A stretch of 64,000 nucleotides of DNA from the human T2T-CHM13v2.0 reference genome, Homo sapiens, in the NCBI RefSeq assembly GCF_009914755.1, contig NC_060934.1. The stretch is one strand, 5' to 3'. Both the position numbers and the translations under genes were made by a program. Positions 1-12,849 of this stretch are shown here, one piece after another (position 1 is the first letter of the stretch; every line of letters starts with the position of its first letter). Below the pieces are notes generated by a model. The model was not told the origin of the DNA and did no database searches. It saw only the letters and a list, made by a program, of their open reading frames with translations.

Positions 1-64
1 TTCTACCATCGACATGTTAATACATTTGTCACAAAATATATATATAATAGCATATTTCACTTAC
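1..64 (-). other. DNAJC1: DNAJC1 downstream intron, 5' end
   Basis: GTAAGT donor on the minus strand at 64-59. Confidence 0.9.
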
Positions 65-166
65 TTGTCTAAACTGAGTTTCTGCATTTTCATCTTTATT
101 CTTGTCTGGATGTAAAGTTAGTGAAAGCTTACGATATGCTTTTCTGATGTCTGCAGATGATGCATC
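65..166 (-). CDS. DNAJC1: DNAJC1 (ERdj1/MTJ1) internal coding exon (exon 2), J-domain helix II-HPD-helix III
   Basis: The reverse complement reads ...ttttcccctccccctaccacctccag|GAT GCA TCA...AGA CAA|gtaagt. This gives 34 codons, [34 protein letters not shown], with the HPD motif, matching the DNAJC1 J-domain as I recall it. Canonical AG at 167-168 and GTAAGT at 59-64; phase 0 at both ends. Not in the ORF track because there is no start codon. Confidence 0.96.
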
Positions 167-1013
167 CTGGAGGTGGTAGGGGGAGGGGAAAATACAAAGC
201 AAACTTTGTCAGAAAAAGAAATTCCCAGAACCTTGTTAAGATCTGAGAAGACAGCCAACCAAGTGCAGGACCCCAGGCAATGTAATTTGAGCAATCAGTC
301 TTAACAACCAGGCTATGCAACAAGCCTGACCCACATGACTGAACAATTATTCAATCTAATTTGGCTCTCCTCTTAACTTTTCATTACCATACAGTCATTT
401 AAAGAAGACAGTATTTGGCGAAACTTTTCAAACACTTGCCTTCCTAAAATTAACCAATAAATCTTTTTCAGTAATTAAGAGATCAAAAAGAAACAAATTA
501 AAAATTAATACATCGGTGTGCCTTCAAAGAAACTCTTTATTTACTGGCAAATGTTAAAGCCAATTTCTGAATCCCGGGCTAACCATATGGTTTCTCTATT
601 ATTTATATTGAGTTTATCATCTCAGCAACAACCTATGGAATCTCACTTTCACATGTCAAAAAGCATGCCTATCTGAAGGGAGTTAAATTAGCATTTATCA
701 AAAATTATTATCATTAGAAAGAGTTAAATATACTATACTTATTTACTTAGTACTTTAAAGGGTATTTTCAATGTTGGCCAGCCTCCTCAGTCTGGTTCAT
801 ACAAATAAATTTGCCCAATATTTATGTATTACTTGTATAGTTTAAATATATTTAAAAGGTTACCGTGGTTCAGTACTTAGATTAAGTGGATATTAAAATT
901 ACATTTTATATAATCCTGTGTGCACAGGTAAAATCAGACAACATCATTTTTACATGGCCAGTATAAAATGCATAATAATAACAAAGAATACACTGTCAAG
1001 TAGGGTTTAAAAC

Positions 1014-1299
1014 TTTTTTTGAGACAGTCTGATTCTACCACCCAGGCTGGAGTGCGGCGGCACAATCTCAGCTCACTGCAACCTCCACCTCCTGGGTCCA
1101 AGAGATTCTTGTGCCTCAGCCTCCAGAGGAGCTGGAATTATAGGCATGCGCCACCACACCCAGCTAATTTTTGTATTTTTAGTAGAAATGGGGTTTCCCC
1201 AGGTTGGCCAGGCTGGTCTCGAACTCCTGACCTCAAGTGATCCAACAGCCTCGGCCTCCCAAAGTGTAGGATTACAGGTGTGAGCCACCGCGCCTGGCT
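1014..1299 (-). mobile_element. AluS, full length
   Basis: Alu dimer; TSD gggtttaaaactt at 1003-1015 and 1301-1313. Confidence 0.95.
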
Positions 1300-2029
1300 G
1301 GGGTTTAAAACTTGATCTGTATTAAACTTAAAGTGTATTAAAATAACATATTAATATTGGGCAAAATGATAGTAAACTTGCTTACTAAATGTCTCTCATT
1401 TGATAGCTGACTGTCTAATTAATTCCAAAAACTATTAAGAAGTTCAAATGATGAAAACACCAAACCAAACCAACACAAAAAATCTATATACCTGGGACTA
1501 AATATTATCAATAGTTTTTAAATAGAGTTGGAGAGAGACAAAGTGAGGCTATAATTAGTCTGTCAGGCTTGTCTTTATAAACCATTATTTTTATTATCAG
1601 TTTTCTGGGGCTTGTTGCTCCAGACTAGTATGTTACCCAGGGTGTGAGTATTTTTGTGACTTGTGGAAGGCTGAGGAGCTATAAAAATTAACTAAAGTAC
1701 TGCAGGTAACATGGTTGTAATTTTCATTCTACTTTGCTTAATAAAATTGACATGTTCCCTACATAGACTACAGATAATGTGGTAGAAATAAATGATTATT
1801 TAATGAAAATCTGTGATGAATCCTATTGTTGAGCAAAGACATCAAGTGTCAAATGAATAACCAATCTCTAATTGGGATTTTAATTGTAGATTTTTTTAAA
1901 TTGGGACTATATAATAAACCATTCCACAAGTATATTTCATACAAAATAATAGCTATGTATTTTCTATTACAAAATTAATACATGTTCACTACAGAACATT
2001 TCTTACTTAAAAATAAAAACAACTAATAG

Positions 2030-2370
2030 TAACCTAAGGCATTTCCCTGCTTCCAGTCTTACCATTCTGATCCCCCAATCCTCCATTTTTCTGCCACCAT
2101 ATGTACCCCAAATGTAAATGTGGTCAGACGGCTCTCCTACTCTAAACCCTTGAGCAGCTACCAGGTGCCTTTGTCACTGGTGTTTTCCAATTTTTTTAGC
2201 CTTATCTCCCACCCTCTTGGCTCATCCTCCTGGTCCCCCAGATTATTACACCTTAGGATACACAGTTCACCAATGTCATGTTGTTTTTCACCCAGCTACA
2301 GATACAGACAGCTCTCTTCTAAGGAACAGGGCTCTGTTTCTTATACACAAATATTGCCTGACTATTTTCC
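2030..2370 (+). mobile_element. L2 fragment (old)
   Basis: Pyrimidine-rich L2-like motifs (cctgcttccagtctt, ctactctaaaccct); highly diverged. Confidence 0.35.
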
Positions 2371-2976
2371 TCTTGAGAATCTATCCAGTTGAGTTATTTT
2401 GCCAATAAATTCTACCTCAAGTAGATACGGTGAAAAACATGAAGATTTTCTTATCTACAAAGACATGCTCTAGATAAGTTGTACTTCAAACTAGCTTATG
2501 TATTTATTTAATATTAGGTACTCGATGAATTCAAACTCAGAAAATATTGCTTCAGAATCAGATCTCTTTATTTTGGCTGTTTAGGTTCAGATTTGGGCTG
2601 AGTAACTTCCCAATGAGACAGTTTTGGGAAGGCAGTGAGAACAACTATTACATCCTTGACCTGATAAACTATATGGAACATGTCCACATAACTACAATGT
2701 GAATATGTTCCATTGGAGCTTTAAAGGTAAAAACCCTGGTACGTATTGGCTTGTCTAATACATTTGATATCACATTTCTATTAGAGGCCTGAATGTTAGA
2801 ACATTCATCTCCCATATTCACTGGATTAGATGTTTTATCTCTCCAGCTTGGAGTGAAAATTTTTTGACAGCACGTGAGTGAAGTGGCTATCTTTAACTCT
2901 TTTCATATTAGATCTACTGGATTCATCTGTTAGAATTCTTTCCCTTCTAAATGTGATATGGCTCTTTGGCAAGCTA

Positions 2977-3546
<570 letters not shown>

Positions 3547-3809
3547 TCAAAATTTACAGCAATTAGGCAAGCACTTAAGAGAAAGATGATTCTCACTAAG
3601 TGTCTTAAAGATGCCAACCTAAGGCCTTGGTTAGGTTCCTGGTGCCAGAGAGATCAGAGTTGACCTTGTTCTCAAAGAGCTGTGGTTATTTTGTTTTGAC
3701 CTCTCTGTTGGCTTAAACTGTGTAAAGGGCTTGCTTTTATTTTGCCACACTCAGAACTCTGCCAGAGCAGATAGGCCATTTGTCGTAAACATTTAAAGGC
3801 AAATGTATT

Positions 3810-3924
3810 TATTTGATTTTTATTTTTTGTAGAAACAGGGTTTTGCCATGTTGCCCAGGCTGGTCTCAAACTCCTTGGCCTCCCAAAGTGCTGGGATTAC
3901 AGGCATGAGCCACCATGCCTGGCC
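3810..3924 (-). mobile_element. Alu left monomer/FLAM
   Basis: Monomer with TSD aggcaaatgtatt at 3797-3809 and 3928-3940. Confidence 0.88.
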
Positions 3925-4010
3925 TACAGGCAAATGTATTAGCCAGTGCTGAATGGGGTAAGGGGTAGCAATTGAGGCAAACAATGAATATAATAAATTG
4001 TTTCTATAAG

Positions 4011-4155
4011 TATAGAAAAAAGCTTGAAAGGACACAAAAATATTTTTATAAAGCTGTTTTAAGCTAAGTGTTATTACAAAAGAGTCAAAAAGATAAAAAA
4101 TTAAAAAGTTCATCAAGTAGAAATGTTATATAGTAAGCTAAGGTTAATTGATTAT
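4011..4155 (+). mobile_element. TIR-less internal Tigger3 fragment
   Basis: Aligns with 5271-5412 of the neighbouring Tigger3b. Confidence 0.8.
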
Positions 4156-4167
4156 CAAAAAGCTTGG

Positions 4168-4406
4168 GGATGTGAGGGGGATCTGGCTGCGACATCTGTC
4201 ACCCCACTGATCGCCAGGGTTGATTCAGCTGATCTGGCTGGCTAGGCGGGTGTCCCCTTCTTCCCTCACTGCTCCATGTGTGCCCCTCCCGAAGCTGCAT
4301 GCTCGGTCCAAGAGGACAACCATCCCTGATAGAGGAGGACCAGTCTTCAGTCAAGGGTATACAAGTAGCTGTGCTCCCCTGCTAGAACCTCCAAACAAGC
4401 TCTCAA
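4168..4406 (+). pseudogene. 7SK snRNA retropseudogene, 3'-truncated (about nt 1-240), no poly(A) tail
   Basis: Begins GGATGTGAGGGGGATCTGGCTGCGACATCTGTCACCCC and ends CCAAACAAGCTCTCAA, co-linear with 7SK. Flanked by the direct repeat tcaaaaagcttggg at 4155-4168 and 4403-4416. Confidence 0.96.
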
Positions 4407-4705
4407 AAAGCTTGGGCAGACAGACTGAAAAGTGACATGCTTTGGGGACTAAGGGCTTTCAAAGCTCCTACATATTCCTTGGAAACTAGATGGCCATGTG
4501 CATGCCCAGGACAGAGCACATGCTCAGAAAGACTTGAGAAGGCTCTAAGTTCTCACTTCTGGCTGATATTCAGGCTCTGCACAAGCAGAAACTGAAGCTA
4601 AGAAAGATGTAAACTGCCCAACTGAGTGTGGAAGGCATGGCCCCAAGATATACACAGTCTACTGGCAAACACTGGAACTATATATATTATTTATTCATTT
4701 ATATT

Positions 4706-5859
4706 TAGTCATACACCACATAACAATGTTTCCATCAACAATGAATCGCATATATGATGGTGGTCCCATAAGAATACAATACAATGGAGCTTTAAAATTC
4801 CTATCTTCTAGTGACATGTTACCCTTCCTAATGTCACAGTGCAATGTATCTATTCATGTGTTTGTGGTGAGGCTAGTGTAAACAAACCTGCTGTGCTGCC
4901 AGCTGTATAAAAGTATAGTACATACAATTATGTATTGTACATAATATTTGATGATAATAAGCAACTATGTTACAGGGTTATGTATTTACTATACTATTAT
5001 GGTTATTTCAGAGGGAAATTTAAAAAAAATTATAGAAGGAATAAAGTGTAAAACAGCCTCAAGCAGGTCCTTCAGGAGGTATTTCAGAAGGGGCATTGTT
5101 ATAAAAGATGACAGTTCCATGCATGTTACTGACCCTGAAGACCTTCCAATTAAATGACATGTGATATTAATGATCATGATCCTGTGTAGGCCTAAGCTAA
5201 TGTGTGTTTGTGTCTTAATTTTTAACAACAAAGTTTAAAAAGTAAAAAAAAAAAACTAAATAATTTTAAATATAGAAAAAAGCTTATAAGGATATAAAAA
5301 TATTTTTATACAGCTATATATGAGTTTGTGTTTTAAGCTAAGTGTTATTACAAAAAGTTAAAAAGTTTATAAAGTAGAAATGTTACATAGTAAGCTATGG
5401 TTAATTTATTGTTGAAGAGATCACATATTTTTAATAAATTTAGTGTAGTCTAAGTGTACAGTGTTTATACTATAGTGTACAGAAATGTCCTAGGCCTTCA
5501 CATTCACTTACCACTTACTCAGTGACTCACCCAGAGCAACTTCCACTCCCGCAAGATGTATTCATAGTAAATACCCTATACAAGTACATTTTGTACCTAT
5601 TATACTGTATTTTTACTATGTTTAAATATGTTTAGATACACAAATACTTTTGTGTTACAACTGCCTACAGTGTTCAGTACAGTAACATGCTACACAGGTT
5701 TGTAGCCCAGGAGCAATAGGTTATACCATATAGCCTAGGTTTGCAGTAGGCTATACCATCTAGATTTGTATAAATACACTGTGATATTCACATAAAGACA
5801 AAATTGCCAAGTGATGCATTTCTCAGAATGCATCCTTGTCATTAAGCAATGCATGACTA
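4706..5859 (+). mobile_element. Tigger3b (TcMar-Tigger)
   Basis: TIR-like ends (agtcatacaccacataac / gtcattaagcaatgcatgact) and the typical Tigger3 body. Confidence 0.88.
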
Positions 5860-7059
5860 TATACTTCTGGCTCCAACTGTTAAGAAAATATCTGTCAAAT
5901 CATTAGTTGACCAGAGATTCTAAGCTAACTGAAGAGAAATTCTAGTGGCCATACACAGCACAGAATATGAACTTTACAAAAGTGTCTATTTCAGAAAAGT
6001 CACTAGACAACACCAACTATAATAAGCAGCAACAAAAACCTCTAGGAAAGTAGAAAATACCACTGCCACATTATATATATCTAAAATGTCTAATACTCAA
6101 TAAAAAATTATAAAGCATGGAAAGAAACAGGAAAGTATGGTCTTCAGAGAAAAAAAATTAATAGAAATTATCCCTGAGGATGTCCACATATTGCATTTAC
6201 TAGGCAAAGACTCTAAATCAATTATTTTAAATATGCTTAAAGAGTATGTTCAAAGAACTAAAGGAAAATATGAGAATAATGTCTCACATAATTGAGAATA
6301 TCAACAAAAATAGACTTTAAAAAAACAAAACAGAAATTCTGGACTAGCAAAATACATAACTGAAATGAAAATTTTACTAGTTGGGGCTCAACAGCAGGCT
6401 TGAGTAGGCAGAAGAAACAATCAATGAACACTTAGATCAATAGCGATTACCTGATCTGGGGAGCAGAAAGGAAAAAAATGAATAAAATGAACAAAGCCTA
6501 AGAGACCTGTGGAACACTATTAAAAGTACCAACAAACACATAATGGATCTCCAAAAGGGAGAAGAAACAGAAAATGGGGCAGAAAACATATTTGAAGAAA
6601 AAATGACAGCAAACTTCAAAAACTGATGAAAGACATAAACCTATATATCTAAGAATCTCAACAAACCCCAAGTAGGAGAAAACTAAAGAGATCCACACCT
6701 AGAAACATTAGAATCAAAATGTTAAAAGAAAGAGTCCCGAAAGCAGCAAAAGAAGCAACTTATCATGTATAAGGGATCTCCAATAAAGTTAACAGCTAAT
6801 TTCTCATCAGAGATTATGGAGGCTAGATGGTAGTAAATTAACATGAAAAAAAAAATCTATCAACCAAGAAGTCTATATCCAACAAAACTATCCCTCAAAA
6901 ACAAAATAAATTATGATATCCCAGTTAAAAAATTAGAATTCATTGCTAGTAGATATGCTTTATAAGAAATGCTATAAGGAGTCCTTCAAGCTGAAAGAAA
7001 AAGATACTAGACAGTAATTCAAATCACAACAAAGAAATAAAAAACACTGGTAAAGATAA

Positions 7060-7398
7060 TGCTGTGGTCTGAATGTTTGCATCCCTCCAAAACTCATGTG
7101 TTGAAATCTAATCCCCCATGTGATGGTATTAAGAGGTGGGGCCTCTAAGAAGTGATTAGGCCAAATGGGATTAGTGCCCTTGTAAAAGATGTCCCATAGA
7201 GCTGTCCCTTTTTTGCCCTTCAGCCCTGGGAGGACACATAGAAGGGACCATCTATGAGGAAGGGGCCCTCACCAGACAGTGAATATGTTGTACCTTGATC
7301 TTGGACTTCCCAGTCTCTAGAACCGTGAGCAACAAATTTCTGTTGTTTATAAATTACCCAGCATAAAGTATTTTGTTATAGCAGCACAGACTAAAACA
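7060..7398 (+). mobile_element. MLT1A-type MaLR solo LTR
   Basis: TG...CA ends (tgctgtggtctgaatgtttg...gactaaaaca); 5-bp TSD gataa/ggtaa. Confidence 0.88.
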
Positions 7399-8045
7399 GG
7401 TAACTACATAGATAAATATAAAAGTCATTATTAATGCATTTTGGTTAGTAACTTCAATTTTACTCTACATGATTTAAAAGACAGTTACATAAGGCAGTAA
7501 TTATAAATCTGTCATAAACAAATAATATAAATCTATGTCTATGGCAGACATTATATACATAAAAATGTAATCTGGAGTGCAGAGTGACAATAAACAACAC
7601 AAGGAATAGGGAACAGTGCTTGCTATAGGAGCAACATTTTTTATTTTCTTTGTAAAATTAATTTAAAATTTTTCCTTTTTGCATCTCACATTCTAGCAAA
7701 ATATTTTTATGTGACTGAAACTAAACTGGTATTAATCCAAACTGGATTGCTATAAATTAAGATGTTAACTGTAATTCCCATGGCAAAAACTAAGAATATA
7801 AAGATCTACAGTAAAAGAAATGAAAAGTGAATAAAATAGTACACTAGAAAAAAAACTGAATACAAAAAAGGTAGTAATGGAAGAACTGGAGAACAAAGAT
7901 GACATATAATATACAGAAAACAAATAGCAAAATAGCAAAAGTAAGTCATTCCTTATCTGTAATTACTTTAAAATTAAATGAGTTAAACTGTCTGATTAAA
8001 ATGCAGATATTGGCAGAATGAATTCAAAACAAACATGATCCATCA

Positions 8046-8232
8046 CAGCAAGTCCTCACTTAAGGTCACTGACAGGTTCTTAGAAACTGCAACTTTAAGT
8101 AAAATGACATATAATGAAAATTTTTTTTCATGCTATAATGAAACAGCATTGAAGGAAATGATGCTATTTAAAGACTTACTGCAAGTGGTAGTTTCTAAGA
8201 CTCTACTGATGATGGCAAGAGAGGATTTACTG
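8046..8232. mobile_element. MER6-family MITE (TcMar-Tigger)
   Basis: Inverted ends cagcaagtcctcactt...agaggatttactg, followed by TA; interrupts the L1. Confidence 0.7.
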
Positions 8233-9507
8233 TACATGGTGTCTATAAGAGACTCACTTTAGAACCAAGATACAAATAGATCAAAAGTGAATGGATGAAA
8301 AAAGATATTCCTTGCAAACAGTAATTAAAAGAGAGCTGGTAGCTATACCAATATTAGGTAAAATCAATTTTAACACAAAAATTGTTACAAAAGACAAAGG
8401 ACATTATTTAACGACAAAAAGGTCAATCCATCAAGAAGATATAACAATATAAATAACATAAACATGCACCTAACAGAGCCCCAAAATACATGAAGTAAAG
8501 ATTTAACAGAACTGAAAGGAGAAATAGACAATTCTATAATAACGGAAACTTTAATACTCCACTTTTAATAATGACTGGAACAATCAGAAAGAACAGTAAG
8601 AAAACAGAAAACTTGAACAACAGTATAAACCAACTAGACACATCTAACAGACATCTATAGAACATTCCACCCCAAAAGAGAATACGCATTTTTCTGAAGT
8701 GCATAAGGAATATTAGCCAAGATATACCCTATTTTAGGCTATTAAATTGGTCTCAATAAATTTAAAAAGACTGAAATCATACTACGTTATCTTCTCCAAC
8801 CATAATGAAATGAAATCAGAAATCAATGACAAAAGGAAATTTGAAAAATTCACACGTATGTGGAAATTAAACAACACATTTTTAAACAACAAGTAATCAA
8901 AAAGGAAATTAGAAACTACTGTAATATGAATGAACGTGCCATTATGTTGTCTCTAAGATAATTGTGAATGTGTTAGAAGACCATCCTCACTAGCAGGAGA
9001 GAAGCCTATACTCTTTTTAAAAGAATAAAACTGAAAAGCTCTTTCTTCCTTTATGTTTAGAATGTTTGAGACTAAAATAGGAAAGGCCATAAAATATCAG
9101 GGTTTCATTACCCGTTAGATATTTCTTTTTGGATTCATTCCTTCTGGAAGATTTTAATTCATTAATGTTAATAGTTAATCATAACTATTTTTTCTAATTT
9201 AAAACAACTGAGGATTAAGGAAAAATAAAATTAAATCACGATATTTAATTTTTAAAGTAAAAAACAAATCTCTAGAGAAGGATACGAATGAAAACGAAAA
9301 CATACCATGCCAAAACGTAGGATGTGGTAAAAGCAGTGCTCAGAAGAAAATTTACAGTTATAAACACACTTAAAAAAAAAAAAGAAGAAGAAAAATCTCA
9401 ACCTAACTTTATACCTTCCATGGTTGCTATCCTAAGTTTTGCTACGTAATAGCACTGAAAAATCTGCCTTAGGTGACTCAAGCGAAATTTTTTATTTTAT
9501 TTTTTAC

Positions 9508-9724
9508 CAAGGATTGGCAAACTGTTTCTGTAAAGGGACAGACAGTAAATATTTTAGGCTTTGTGGGTCAGTCTTCATTACAACCATTAAATCCTGCCAT
9601 TGTAGTAAGAAAGCAGCCACAGACAATACATACACAAATGGGTATGGTGGTGTTCCAATAAAACTTTATTACAAAATCAGGTAGTGGCTGCTTTTGGCCC
9701 AAGGACTGTAGTTTGCTGACCCTG
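9508..9724 (+). mobile_element. MER58A (hAT-Charlie)
   Basis: caaggattggcaaact...tctgtaaaggg...agtttgctgaccctg. Confidence 0.88.
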
Positions 9725-9897
9725 ATTTTAATCAATGGATTGACAATAATCTAAAACTCATTCTATTTATACAGTGTCTCCACAAATGTGATACCCACAT
9801 TTTTAGGTGTGCCAGGTAGTAGAAAAATATTTGGCTAGTTAACCAAAACCAAAACCAAAAGATCTTATCCAGGATCTGACCAAAGGAAACTCTTCAG

Positions 9898-10213
9898 GTT
9901 TTTTTTGGTTTGTTTTTTGTTTGTTTGTTTGTTTGAGACGGAGTCTCGCTCTGTGGCCAGGCTGGAGTGCAGTCGTGTGACCTCAGTTCACTGCAACCTC
10001 CGCCTCCCAGATTCAAGAGATTCTCTTGCCTCAGCCTCCCCAGTAGCTGGGACCACAGGCACGTGCCACCACGCCCAGCTAATTTTTGTATGTTTAGTAG
10101 AGACGGGGTTTCACCATGTTGGCCAGGATGGTCTTGATCTCTTGACCTCGTGATTCACCTACCTCAGCCTCCTGAAGTGCTGGGATTACAGGAGTGAGCC
10201 ACCGCTCCCGGCC
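9898..10213 (-). mobile_element. AluSc-like
   Basis: Alu dimer with a (GTTT)n tail. Confidence 0.94.
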
Positions 10214-10433
10214 CGCTCAAAGTAAACTCTTCTTAATGAAACTTCTACTCCCTTGAAAAAGACTCAGGGGTATTAAATTGAAGGGAAGATAATCTACCTG
10301 GCTATCAGATTCACTGAGGAAGGAAGACAACATTCATCCAAATTATATTTAGGAACTTCAAACTCTAATTGACATCTGGGACCCTTAATTTGTATAGTGT
10401 TATTAATCAAGACCAACTGCCTCAAAGTTAATA

Positions 10434-10799
10434 CAGTCAATGCAGTGCATGACATTTTGGTCAATGATGGACTGCATATATGATAGTGGTTCCCTAAAAT
10501 TATAATGGAGCTAACCTATATAGGAGTACCATTTTAAATCTTTTTACTGTATTTTTACTGTACCATTTCTATGTTTAGATACATAAATACCATTGTGTTA
10601 CAATTGCCTGCAGTATTTAGTAACATGTTGTACAAGTCTGTAGCCTAGGATCAATAGTCTATACCATGTTGCCTAGGTGTATGGTAGGCTATACCATCTA
10701 GGTTTGTGAAAGTGCACTCCATGATGCTGGAACAACTACAAAATTGCCTAACGATGCATTTCTCGAAATGTATCCCCATCATTAAGCAGTACTTGACTG
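10434..10799 (+). mobile_element. Tigger3a/MER7A
   Basis: cagtca...tgactg termini with TA on both sides. Confidence 0.88.
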
Positions 10800-11919
10800 T
10801 AATTCCATGTAATCTTTCTCACTAGGTCTTTGGGTCATTTTCGTATCTGATTTATTGATTAAAAGCTCAAGCTAAACTCTTACTAATGACTTTGCCCTCT
10901 TTACTCTGACCTTCACATGTAAATTTAGCAGTCAACACAGCTTTCTCACCCCACCCCAAACCTCTCTCAAAAAAAAAAAAAAAAAAAAGCAGCAAAAAAG
11001 CCAAAACAAACGTGTGTGTATACAAGTGCATTCACCACTAGAAGGACTAAATAATAGAGAGATTTAAAGGAAGTTGTCTCTGGTGAGTGGATCAGGAGGA
11101 TAAGGCAGGAAACTTGGATTCATCACAGTATCTTCAGGATTATAGGATTTTATACCAGATGCATATAAAATTTAAAATAAATAGAAAAAAGAAAATGCTT
11201 TAGAAATAAGTTTCAAAATAAAAACTAATTTTCCAGGGCAAATAAAAATAATAAATACAATAATATAGTTTACTTCATGATAAATTTTAAGTCTGGGCTT
11301 CTATGGCCAATATGTTACAAAAGAAGTAGGGAGAGGCTTTGGGTTTCTCCATAATAGATCACTGTTAAAGTCAACTGCCTTTGGAGAGATGTATTCAAAT
11401 TTATGTAAGATTATAACTTTAATTGATTTTCTTAGCCTTAAACTATATATACTAACCAGTGATAAGGTTAATCTATACCAAATCCTGGTTGCTGATAAGA
11501 GAACATTTATTATTCTTTGAGAGTCAAGGTCAATAAGAATGATTTCTTGACAAATAAGAAAATAATTTCGAGCACAGTAGAAGGATGTATTCTGCTCCTT
11601 TATTTTAGGAATACATTATGTCCCCTATTTTAAACTAGTATCTAAATAAATTTAGATTAATAACACATTTATTTGAGTTGGATACACCTCTGTCCTCTCC
11701 ATAAGATTAAAAAAGTAAGCGTTCTCCAAAATATAGATAAACAAAAGACTGCAGCTTCAAGAGACAGCTGCTTCTGATATCTAATTACTGGGGGAATTGA
11801 GTTGGCAGGAACATCAGACCAACTATCCACAGAACAAAATCATCATTTCTATAATCTGGTAACTAGATCTTAGACTAAATCTTGCCACTGATTTATCTTG
11901 AAAAGGAGGTCCCTTTAAC

Positions 11920-12690
<771 letters not shown>

Positions 12691-12849
12691 ATAAATAGTG
12701 AACAATAAATACAAAAGTATTATGATTTGTGATTTGTAATATATGTGTCTGTAGGTATTCTTAAAACAGAAGAAATATGCCATAAGAGACAACCTAATAG
12801 TGGCCTAGAATTTTCAAAAAAGAAAAAAAGAAGAGGAAGCAGACCAAGA

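Noticed and set aside
129-323. 64-aa minus-strand ORF overlapping the exon
   Set aside because: It runs through the acceptor in the wrong frame; the true reading frame is the HPD exon
4168-4406. Functional 7SK gene
   Set aside because: It lacks the 3' ~90 nt and U-tract terminator, has a TSD and CpG decay, and upstream DNA is repeat rather than a PSE/TATA promoter
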